Shown: piece by piece, positions 22,389 to 32,764 of the stretch
Layout of the letters: every line of letters begins with the position of its first letter
Numbering within the stretch: the first letter of the stretch is position 1
NCBI GenBank assembly: GCA_002269645.1
Contig: NIVC01003783.1
Span: 1-35,549, forward strand
Direction: 5' to 3'
Length of the DNA: 35,549 nt
Origin: Macrostomum lignano
Taxonomy: Eukaryota
Notes under the pieces: generated by a model
Databases searched by the model: none
The model's input: only the letters and a program-made list of their open reading frames with translations
What the model was told of the DNA's origin: nothing
Translations under genes and position numbers: made by a program

Positions 22389-23651
22389 AACAAGACCTAC
22401 CCGACCACCCAGGGAAATCCTTGTTCTATCTCGGGCGAAAGCCACAGCATAACAATTATATGACCTTTGTATCATTTGTGTGGCAAAATTCTTGATTTTT
22501 GCCTTTGGCATGTATATATAAATAAGAATTTGTTGCCAATTAAAGTATATGACTAGACCTATTTACAAGTCGCATCTGATAAGATTTTTAGGCTGAGAAG
22601 GCCTAAGCTTGAGAGTTCATGTGTTTTGATTCATTATATTGATGTATTTAAACTGTCTTTAGACACATAATTTAGAGCTTTTTTTCTAGAAATCAATCAG
22701 TGTGAAATTGTGAAAATATGCATATATGATGTGATATGAATTTTGTATATAATATTTCATTTTTATTGGTTATTAATAGAAAGTCTACATTGCTTTTTTG
22801 TCATTTTAGGCACTATCAAGCTGAAAAAATGATTTCTTGCTAGCTACTATCATTCCTAGCTATCTTTTTTTAAAGATACAATCATGTCAAAACAGCTGAA
22901 ACAATTTCTTGCATCTACAGCTTCTTACAGCTACGACTTTTATGCAGCTTGTCTTTTTGCTCAGTCATTTGCCAGCGAATTAATGTTAATGTTAATGTTA
23001 AAAAATAATATTTAATTAAATACATACGTTCCTAGTTGTGTTATAAATTAAAAAACCAATTAAGGTAACTAGCTAAAAATTTTCAGCCATTATCTCTTAC
23101 ACTTTTTATTATTTTCTACGTACGGGACGCAGCTAGTACAGTGTATTCCCGAAGTACCGCGGCGTAAGCAATTACCGGGCAAGGCGTATTTCAAGCGTAG
23201 CACTGGCGTATGCCAGGCTGGCAACATGCGTATCTCAAGCGTACCGCGGGCGTAAGCTTAGCGGGCAAGGCGTATTTCAAGCGTACCGCGAGCGTTAACC
23301 CCACCCCAAACCCCAGCTGGTTAGGCGTGCGTGGGCGGTTTCTAGGCGTATTTTTGGCGGTTTCTGAAAATGTGCCTCAGTTTTACGCCTGTTTTACGCT
23401 TCTTTACGCACAACCTGCTATGTTTACGCCAAGTTTACGCGAAGCTCCCCCATCCTCCCCATAGCCGCGCACCCCCACCCACCCCTCCCCTGGAGCGTTT
23501 TTAAAGCGCATTTTAGTCGTATTTCGCGCTCCGTTTTCCAGCGGGAGAACCCGAGCCTAAACTGCCAGCTAGTGTGTTACGAGCGTAACTTGTTTCGATT
23601 GAAAACTACGTACAATAATTTATATTGTGTATTCAACTGTTTATTAGAATT

Positions 23652-23711
23652 TTCAATTTCACTACTGCCCTGACGATGACCTACAAGGGTCGAAATGCAT
23701 TGGCAATTGAA
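23652..23711 (+). ncRNA. Type I hammerhead ribozyme of the Penelope-like element
   Basis: Stem I TTCAAT..TGCC / GGCA-ATTGAA with internal bulge; core CTGACGA (23670-23676); T; stem II GACC/GGTC; GAAA; palindromic stem III ATGCAT; predicted cleavage after T23701. Confidence 0.9.
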
Positions 23712-23789
23712 TTAAAGTAAAAAAACGAGTTAATGTTCGTTCTCTCATTCATTTTATTCCTATTTATTAAGCGAGCTACTCTACTATCG

Positions 23790-26700
23790 TTGTGTACGTC
23801 CCATTTTTGGTCAGGCGGACTCTGACGTTAGTCTGAGAACGGACTGGAAAGACCACTGAAAGAATTCAGTCAGTAAGCAAGCAACAAGCAAAAATACATG
23901 TACACGGTGCTACAAATAAATGTCTTTTCTTTTAGGAAGCTAGAGTACCAGCATCAGCATTAGTTGGGACGGCTAAACCACTCTTAGCTAGCAAGCTTAA
24001 CTATCTGAAGGAACAGCCAGAAGAAGAGCAGAATAAGAGCACGCAGTCTTGCGGAAGCAGAGAAAAGATCAGTCAAGTGCAGGAGAAGTCAGAAGACTGG
24101 ATTAGTGAGATTAACATAGGAACTGAACTGACTCAGGAACAGAGACAAAAGGTGATCGATGTCTTCAAGGAACATTCAGCAGCTTTCTCGCAGCTTTCTC
24201 GCATTAGACTTAGGCAGAACGCATTTAGTCACTCATGAGATTATCTTGAAGGACAACAACCCAGTTCAGATACCAGCTAGGAAAATTCCACCTCATTGGA
24301 TCAAGGAGGTAGATGAACAGTTAGATCTCATGTTGGCTAGAGGCATAATTAGGCCTAGTTACTCGCAGTACTCGACTCCATTAGTCATAGTACCTAAGAA
24401 GGATGGTTCGCTGAGATTAGTTAACGACTATCGAGCACTAAACAATAAATCGGAGTACTTTCCGTATCCAATAACTAATATCAATGAAACATTTTCATGT
24501 CTCCATGGAGCCAGTCAATTTTCTACGTTAGATCTATTTTCGGGATATTATCAGATAGCACTTGGGGAAGAAAATAAGTGCAAGACTAGCTTTCCAACTT
24601 TACATCGAGGCTCGTTTGAGTACGAAGTATTGCCAATGGGATTGCAAGGAGCTCCAGGAACTTTCCAAAGGTGCATGAAGTTAGTTCTTAAGGACATTGC
24701 ACAAAACTTCGCCATAGCTTACTTAGATGACGTAATAGTTTATAGTAGACTTTGAATCGCATTTAGAACACCTGAAAGAAGTGCTCAAGAGACTAATCCA
24801 AGCTAACATGAAACTAAAGGCTAAGAAATGTCACCTTTTCAAATCAGAATTACAATATCTAGGACACGTCATAGGCAAAGCAGGAATAAGGGGGGATGCG
24901 TCAAAATTAGAATCAATTAGGAACTGGCCGAAACCTAAATCTGTGACAGAGCTTCGAAGTTTTCTCGGCCTGTAATAACTATCGAAAATTCGTTTCCAGG
25001 ATCCCTGATCCTCAACCGGAAGAGATGTCCCCACATGCCAGGTCGCTAAGCTGCAGGGCAACTGTGAATACAGACCCAGCATCAGCTTTTACTGTCAGCT
25101 TAGGCAATTCCGCGTTCGCTGAAACCTGTAGCTCGAGCAGTGGAGTTCCATCATGCTGTTCGTCACAAGGCACTGTCACGAACCGACACAATACTCCGAT
25201 CTTTAGTAGCAGTATGCTAGACAATAGACAGGGACAGGAGCCTAAAACCGGAAATCCGCCTGCATGCAATGCCCTGCTCAGTGACTATCTCCGTAGCCCA
25301 GTTCGCCGTGACCAATTGATCGCAGCACAGCTGGCTGATCCAGTGGTAGGCTTTGTTAGAAATTTAATTAAGAATGACTCGCCTAAACCGACATTTCAAG
25401 AACGACTAGAGTTAACCCACGACTGTAGGAACCTCTTAGGTTACTATGAGTTGCTCAGAATTAAGGACGGTCTACTCAAAGTAAACTTATCTATGGGGCA
25501 GACTGATCCAAAGGTAGTGTTGCCCAAGTCTCTAGATAGTGAAGTCTTTCACCAATTCCATAATTCCATGATTCACCGTTAGCGGGACACCTAGGTCGAG
25601 ATAAAACTTATCAGAGAATTAAAATTCGATTTTGGAGGCCAGGATTAGCAACAGCAGTTGAACGCTACGTAGCCAAATGTAAATCATGCCTAGAAAGCAA
25701 AACTAGACGAAGAATTAAGGCACCAATTCAGAACTATCCTGTAGTCGAACCGTTCGGTAGATTGCACATAGATCTAATAGGACCTATTGGCCAAACTAGC
25801 AAATCAGGAAACAAATATGTACTTTCAGTCATAGACAGCACTAGCAAATTTCCATTCGCATTCGCAATTAGGAATCAGAAGGCTAAAACAGTTATCAAAA
25901 TTCTACAAGAACGAGTTTTCGCTGATTTTGGGATTCCACAATGGATTCACACAGACCAGGGAACACAGTTCACTGGTAGGGCCTTTAAGAAATTTTTAGA
26001 CCTCTATGGCATTAGACACACTCAAACAACTAGTTTGAAGCAATGGCTTAGTAGAAAACCTTAATAAGCAGATTAAATCAATTCTCACCTGTTTACTGGA
26101 GAAGGAGCATTCCAACTGGGACGTTCTGTTGCCAGGTTGTATAACAGCTCTGAGAACCAGCACGCACACTGCCACAGGATTTAGTCCGCACTATTTAGTC
26201 TTTGGACGAGAGGCCAGAATGCCCTGTGACAATGAGCTGAACGAGCCAAAGCAGTTCCAGGACCTGCCATCTTATGTCCAGGAACATCAGCAGAATCTGC
26301 AGGAAGGCCAAGAAATAGCGAGAGAGATTAAAGTTAGTGCAACAAAACCGTGAGCAGGAGTACTCTAATAAGCTTCAGCCGAAAATATTGCCTGTAGGAA
26401 GCTTAGTATTTATCAACAATCCAGTGATTGCTAACACAGAGGCTAACAAATTTCACAGAAAACAAAGAGCAGTTTACGAAATTTTAGAACAATTATCAGA
26501 AGTAGTCTTTAAGATTAGACCAGTTACACAAAATAAGAAGGCTAGAAAGGAAGAACTTATTATGCATAGGGATAATTTAATGAAAGCACCGCAAGCAGAT
26601 TATCAGGAAGAAGAAGCTAGTACTAAGCCAAAAGAGCAAAAGAAGCAGTACAATAGGGAACAGTTAGCCAATAGTCAGCCGAATGTGTACAATGACTCAG

Positions 26701-27026
26701 AAAGTGAAGACGAGTACGAAGACGCAGTGCAGTTCATGCCAGTGCAACATCAAATTAACGTGCAGAATCAAAATAATGTGCAGTTAGTGCCAGATCAACA
26801 AGTGCAACATCAAAATAACAATCAAAATAACTCAACAGGTGTACAAGGAGTTATGCCGGTACAATTAAATAACAATAATAATTTAGGGATTAATTTAGAA
26901 GCTAGGCCAGCCAGAGAGCGTCATGCTCCAGATAGATTAACAGTCAGGCCAAATCAGAAAAGTTATGCGCAGAGGATAACGGAGTTGGTTAACCCATTCA
27001 ACCTCTTGCAGCCCAAATCTCAATAA
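23790..27026 (+). pseudogene. pol: Gypsy pol (protease end, RT, integrase; RNase H deleted)
   Basis: LDLGRTHLVTHEI, PKKDGSLRLVNDYRALN, LDLFSGYYQI, MGLQGAPGTFQR, YLDD; integrase GHLGRDKT...CKSC, HIDLIGP, IHTDQGTQF, GFSPHYLVFGRE; 11-bp duplication frameshift at ~24181 and other lesions. Confidence 0.95.
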
Positions 27027-27028
27027 CT

Positions 27029-27600
27029 ATGGCCGACGAACCATTGCGCACATACCCGAGGAAAAGAATCTATGGCCAGCGCAGAAGTAGTCAAGAGGAA
27101 AACGAACCCCCGCGAATTAGGGCATTGCAGTTGGCAGAATGTGGAGAAGAGTATAAAAAGCTGAGATCGGACCGGCAGGAGGAAGAAGTCCACAAAGAGT
27201 TAAAAATTGACATCGACCTCGAGGCACTAGGAACAGCGACACGAGAAGAGGAGCTGAGAAAAGAGATGGAGCAATTCATGCAGGACCTGGTCCAACATTT
27301 AGAACGCAAAGTAGAGGAAGAAGAGGAGACGAAGCCGCAGGAGGAAGAGCGCGAAGAAGAACCGACTGGCTCAGACGCGCCAGTGGCAGCTGTAGCAGAA
27401 CCGCAGATTCAGCTGCTGCCAAGCCCCTTCGGCCCGATACAATAGCCAAGGGCGGCGCCACGAGAACTCGAACCCCCGAGGCGAGACGAGGAGGCCTTCA
27501 AGCAGCTGTTCAAGGCCAGCGTTAAAGCCTTGAAGAAGGCCATCCTGTCCAGTGGCAGGACTGGGCAGTGGGACCACCAATTACCGGCAGCCTGCCAGGA
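27029..27600 (+). CDS. Acidic ORF directly after pol (138 aa, reading continues past one stop), unknown function
   Basis: ATG 2 nt after the pol stop; Glu-rich, coiled-coil-like; the same frame continues after TAG 27443-27445 to ...QWDHQLPAACQEY. Confidence 0.5.
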
Positions 27601-28469
27601 GTACCCACCCTCCCTCCCCCCTATTCCCTATTATTTGTTTCTCAATTTCAAGCAGCCACATTATCTCTTTATGACTAGCAGCGATAAGCCCACGACAATT
27701 TGTCCTATACACAGGACCTCTACACCTGCCTTCAGGTAATTATAATTTTATTTTAGTCGGCCGAATCTATTTGTCAATTTCAAACTTAAATCCAAGACTG
27801 GTGCTTGGTTCATGCTCATCGTGTTCCAAGTTAAAGTTTTGGCACGCCACTCATACGCCTCTGCCTTGCTTCTACAGACTTCTGCAGAGTCTCTTTCGTT
27901 CCTTTTATCCCAAATTCAAATTGCGTACTCGACACGCATCGCCACATCCGCTGGCATCTTAATAACAACTACTCACCAGCTGAGTTTCTAACGCTAATCT
28001 GTTCAATTTCAATTAAAGGCATCAACGCGCAAATCGCCGCCTCCGCTGAATCTTATACCAAAATCTACTCAAATTATAATAAAACTCAATCCAAGGATGA
28101 GGCTTAGCTTTTCTTGCTGCTTCTATGACAAATATTTTAACTGCTGCACCGCTGAGCTATATTATAATTAGTACAGGCTCATCTGCCGACTACCTAGTTC
28201 TACTTTATGCAACTGTTCAACACTTCAAAATTGCTCTAAACAAACTCACACTTCTATAATTGACACTACAGCTGCCGAAGCTTTGCATATCCAAAATTTA
28301 CTTTTATAAAACAAAAATCTGACCCTGGATGGATGACCGCAAATCACGCTCAGATGCTATTGCTTCACGCTATTTCAAATCTTTATTGTTGCAAAATAGC
28401 AAATTATTTTCAACTCTTAATTGCAAGACCGCTCGAAGTAAACCCATAACACAGATCCTTGCATCAAAT

Positions 28470-29290
28470 TGCGTTCTGGTACCCAACTCGGACAACCTCA
28501 ACAACAAGAGCCGCCTGCAACATCCACACCAAATTCTGCCGGTGTTGCTGAAAATCCTATTGATATTTCTGGTGACTCTACTGGTATCGGTGGACATTCT
28601 ACTTGTATTAGTGGACATTATACTAACGACGACACCCAACAGCAACTGACTCAGTCAGCAGCTACTCCAGCTACATTTCGCCATCTACCTGGCCCCTACC
28701 AAGAAAACACTATCATTGGTACCAGGGACGAAGAACAGCCTCCTGAATTGTACGAATAACAACAACGGTAACATTCTCGACAGCTACTTCTGCAACCTAA
28801 TTTGCAATCTGATCCTTTGAATCAGAATAACGCAAATATTCAGGAACCTGACGATAACGCTGCAATGGCAGAAGCACTGACACAACAATTTATTAATGCT
28901 GTCCGAGCCCAGAGACCACACACTGCAATCTCAGCTAGTACCATTAACGAGATCCGCGAAAGTCTCAAAGAGATTGATTAACTCCACGATTTCGCTTCTT
29001 TCATCATGGAATATGACCTATAAGCGAGGACGTTCAACTTGGACGACAACGCGAAGCTCCGCATCTTTCCTCGGCTCCTCAATGATCGCCTAAAAATCGA
29101 ATACGCCGCTTTTCCCGCCGAGACACAAAATGACTACAATCAACTAGTTCGCTCTTTGTCCGACAGAATAGCGGTACTCACTCTCGGATCTACTTCGGCG
29201 CTACATCATATCGCCAACCGCCGGAAACTCCCGGGTGAACCTTCATCCAGTACTACACGGACATTCGCCGCAAACTTCGCTCTTTGCTGG
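28470..29290 (+). pseudogene. gag: Retrotransposon gag-like remnant (second element)
   Basis: Low-complexity N-terminus then DFASFIMEYDL*ARTFNLDDNAKLRIFPRLL...NDYNQLVRSLSDR, resembling a capsid-like region; stops and frameshifts. Confidence 0.6.
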
Positions 29291-29423
29291 CTCTTGGGCT
29301 AAGATAGCAAACTGATGGGTCACTGGTTGTAGAATGTGTAGGTAGAATGATGATATTTGTTAATTAACAATTTTAGTATGGATTCTGTGCTAGTCACACA
29401 GGTATTCAATTTCTTCGTTTTCA

Positions 29424-31008
29424 GTCACTTGAACGACTAAAAGAGCTCGACAAGAAGTCAGCTGCCATCGCACGGCGCTTCAGTCGACTCAAAGAATCAG
29501 TTGCACTCAGATTTGCGCAGAAAGTTGCGGCGACAGCCCGTCCGACACGAGCAGAAGCTTCAGTGAGCCACTTATTAACTTCAACTCGGACCACTCATGA
29601 CGTACCAACCACTATAGAGCTGTCTAGCTCTATAGTGGCGCAACCAAGCAACAGTGTAGCCAGTGTTGGCAGCAGCTGGCAGCCAGCATTGGCAACCGGG
29701 GGATGTAGCAGTGGCGTCCAGACTCCCATGGTCGTCGAGCCGGCTCGCAGTATTCAGACAACGACGATGAGGACGTAACTTCTAGATCTATCGTTGAGGA
29801 ACCAGGCGAAGAAGCTCCAGATGACGACTATTGGAGTGGCGCTCCAATGGCATTGGACGCCATCGAGCAGTGCGACGATTGTGAGGACTTTACTGAAGAT
29901 GACCGCCCACCAGAGGATGAGAATGTACCATGTGTTGGCAATGGAGCCACCCATAACCCAGAAGCTATCGATATGCAGCCGCGTAGGAGAAATGGCCTCT
30001 TCGCGAATTCACGTACCCCTGTCTCATCAACGTGCTCCCCGAAGTTTCCATGAGCTCGGAATGTTTCAGGGCCACGAACTTGAGGCATGGTTAATCGTCT
30101 ACGGCCCTATGGTGATGGAAGGCATCCTGCCCGACCGCTACTACTGGCACCTTCAACTACTGTCCACGGCCATGTTCTGGCTTACATTGGATCGAGCGCC
30201 TCTAATGGAAGTGATGAAAGCCAGCCGGCTTCTGCACTACTTTTACAGTCAGCTGCCTCAGATGTACTCCAACATGGCCCTTACGTAAAATGCACACCAA
30301 GTTTGTGAGCACTTTGTATCGTACGTAACTTTATACGGGCCAATGTGGAGGATGTCTGCAGGCTTGTTTGAGTCGTCGCATGCAAATCTTCGCACCAAAA
30401 TCCACGGCTCCAGGAATGTTGACGCCGAAGTTGCCGGCCTTCTACAGGGCCAATTGGCGCGAAGGCAAATGATGGCCGAATTGCAACTCCCTAACATCTT
30501 CAGCGAGGGACCACCAAATGGTGAGGTTCAACTGCCGGATGGTGTGCGACTGCGCAATCCTATTCGTCGCCAATTGGCGGGCGGTGACACACGGTATGGC
30601 AAAGCAGTACTGACCAGCGGGCTACGCATTGAAATATTCATGCCTCGCCTAATCCACCAGCGCGCCGCCTCGTGCTTTGTTACTGTCCTCATCCCTGACT
30701 CTCGTCAGCCGTTTGAATTCGCACGAATTGAGGAAATTCAACTCCGGGACAATTGTGCATGGGTTCGCCTACGCCGCCTTCTGACTGTGGAGCCGCACGA
30801 GGACAATCATCCGTTGTACCGCTTGACTGGCGAACCGGACCACGGCGGATGCTCAGTCGCACACGTTCGGCGCCTGCATGCCAATTCATTTTGCGCAGTT
30901 GACAAATACTATTTCGAAATCCCTGCTAACTACGTACTCGCTACGTGTTGTGTGAACGACCGCTACGTAGAATTCCTCCCCCATATTCAGTTTTCTTACG
31001 CAGCGTGA
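29424..31008 (+). pseudogene. CACTA/EnSpm transposase, internally deleted (C-terminal DUF4218-like part retained)
   Basis: RIHVPLSHQRAPRSF...GHELEAWLIVYGP...GILPDRYYWH...LLHYF...T*NAH...H...GPMWRMSAGLFES; an acidic N-terminal segment joins it directly at ~29995; termini not found. Confidence 0.85.
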
Positions 31009-31029
31009 GAATTGTATGTACTCATTGTA

Positions 31030-31231
31030 CGTAGGGTGTCCCAAAAAAGGGAAAAATCGTTGCACAGGCTTTCTGGTAGAACAATATAATTTCTTAAAAC
31101 TCACATCACTATAATAAGTAAACATTCGAAAGTTCTAAAGCTTTTTAAATCGAGTAAAAATGTCACCTGTTCATTCAAAAGTTATGACTACTACAGTTAG
31201 AACAAGGGGTGAGGGTTAGAGGACACCCTCG
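31030..31231. mobile_element. Tc1/mariner-type MITE (202 bp)
   Basis: TIR CG(T)AGGGTGTCC / GGACACCCTCG, flanked by TA on both sides. Confidence 0.8.
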
Positions 31232-32005
31232 TATATCAAAATGTAACGTGTCAATTGGCCCTTTGTCACAATGTTTCAAAAATGTTTCACAACACAATGC
31301 TTCTTTCCGTGTCACGTCTGCACATTGCTATGTGGTATCACAAGAATTTAAATTTTTATTTATTAACGTCTAGCACCGCCATTTCTCCTGTATATATACA
31401 TGTAAGCGCGTCTTTGCAACTCTGTATGGCATCCATATGTACATGACCTTTTAGTTTACCTTTTCATTTTGCTCTTTTCCAGAATGCGTTCTTCAACTGT
31501 GTTTTGCTTATATACAGCATCTGTGTCCAAGTGTGTTTTTGTGCCATTTGTAATATGACTTCACTTATGCCACTTCTATAAGTCTAGTGTACGTAAATAC
31601 AGCGATTTGGCCTATCGGAAATTTAATACACCCTTAGGCCAATCAGGTCAATCGTTCGTTCGCTATTCAGAAACTAACCTTGATTTGTTAATTTGTCACT
31701 AAATTTGGCTTCTCACTAAAGATTTCCCGTCTAGATTAGTATAGTAATGGCCGCAAAACTGTATGTCTGCTGTCTGTCAGTAAAGTCAGTAATCTACTAG
31801 GTATGTAGGGAAATTGGTACATGTATTTGCATTAATACGAGCGTATATAAATACAGGGGTATCGTATTCCATGAAGATAGAATATATAAGGGTATCTTAT
31901 TGCGTCTGAGAATGTTGTTCATTGTCAGTTTGTCAAGCGTCTCTACTTACTAGTAACGTAATAGTAATAAATTGTTAACAATTTCCTAGTGCACAGCCCA
32001 GCAGC

Positions 32006-32764
32006 ATGGTATTCTCCAAACTCAGATGTGTGTGCTTTTCAGACATGTCGAACGACCTAAGCCCTAGAGAAGTTAACTTCTCCGCCATCATGGATGACCT
32101 CCTTCGAGACGTGGCGCGAACTATGTCGCCGACTCTTGTCGACCTGATCGGTTACCGGTCCTCAGCTGATTGGGCAGAGTCGCAGGATCCTATGTGTGAC
32201 GCAGGTTCACCGTCTCTGTTTGACGACATTGAGCCGGCTGGCTCGACTGCGAACGACGCCAATGACGATCAGCTTCGCTACAACGCCGAGACGCAGCTCG
32301 GTTCGCCGTCTCTGTTTGACGAAATTGAGCCGGCTGGCTCGACTGCGAACGACGCCAATGACGATCAGCCCGCGGCGCGAGACTACGAGCCGGCTGAGAA
32401 CTTAAAGAAACTGCGCGCGGAGTATAACCGCCTGCCTGACCCGCCAAATCAAACGAATTACGCTTGCGTACGCGTTGTTCGAAAACGGGCGGATCGGCAG
32501 GAGCTGGACCCGCACTGCTGCCCCGACTGTGAGGCATGGTTTTCTAATTTGTCGCCTCGTACAAAGCAGAGACGGCTGCAAGAGCACGGGCGGCACCGCA
32601 GTAACCAGCCTCACCAGAAGCGCGACCCTAACTTTTTAAAAATTGAAATGCCTGACACTCAGCCAGAAGCGCCCTTTGAGGCCATGAGGTTAGGCAAGAG
32701 GCGCATGCGTCCACTGACGGGTGCTAGCGCCGGGCCGTCTAACACACGGGATAAGAAGCTGTAG
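32006..32764 (+). CDS. RBBP8-like: Intact ORF with CtIP/Sae2 C-terminal domain (likely start ATG 32045 or splice acceptor at 32042)
   Basis: 32474-32662 reads VVRKRADRQELDPHCCPDCEAWF...LQEHGRHR...NFLKIEMPDTQ. It aligns without gaps to the recalled human CtIP segment [23 protein letters not shown]...LASCSRHR...[11 protein letters not shown] (VVRK, CxxC, RHR, NF, PxTQ at identical spacing). Confidence 0.82.
   Translation: MVFSKLRCVCFSDMSNDLSPREVNFSAIMDDLLRDVARTMSPTLVDLIGYRSSADWAESQDPMCDAGSPSLFDDIEPAGSTANDANDDQLRYNAETQLGSPSLFDEIEPAGSTANDANDDQPAARDYEPAENLKKLRAEYNRLPDPPNQTNYACVRVVRKRADRQELDPHCCPDCEAWFSNLSPRTKQRRLQEHGRHRSNQPHQKRDPNFLKIEMPDTQPEAPFEAMRLGKRRMRPLTGASAGPSNTRDKKL
32204..32369 (+). repeat. 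96-bp in-frame tandem duplication (1.7 copies)
   Basis: GSPSLFD(D/E)IEPAGSTANDANDDQ repeated at 32204 and 32300. Confidence 0.95.

Larger units (their letters stand above)
19829..23545. mobile_element. Non-autonomous CMC/CACTA-like DNA transposon #2 (3717 bp)
   Basis: Perfect 12-bp TIR CCCGCTGGAAAA / TTTTCCAGCGGG; 3-bp TSD AGA (19826-19828, 23546-23548); subterminal arrays of TTACGC/GGCGTA motifs (~19900-20240, ~23150-23420). Confidence 0.93.
19150..23790 (+). mobile_element. 5'-truncated Penelope-like element (split by transposon #2)
   Basis: Thumb (HKNGLIRCFLHRAF...NGYP), linker (LPFFG), GIY-YIG, and 3' hammerhead; outer boundaries approximate. Confidence 0.9.
16780..27600 (+). mobile_element. 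Large Ty3/Gypsy element (LTR-E, gag, pol, extra ORF), no 3' LTR seen, with nested inserts 19150-23790
   Basis: Colinear LTR/PBS, gag with CCHC, PR, RT and IN; outer boundaries approximate. Confidence 0.85.

Noticed and set aside
29424-29540. LERLKELDKK... exon as the missing CtIP N-terminal coiled coil
   Set aside because: The similarity is only generic helical composition, and the segment reads into the CACTA transposase region.
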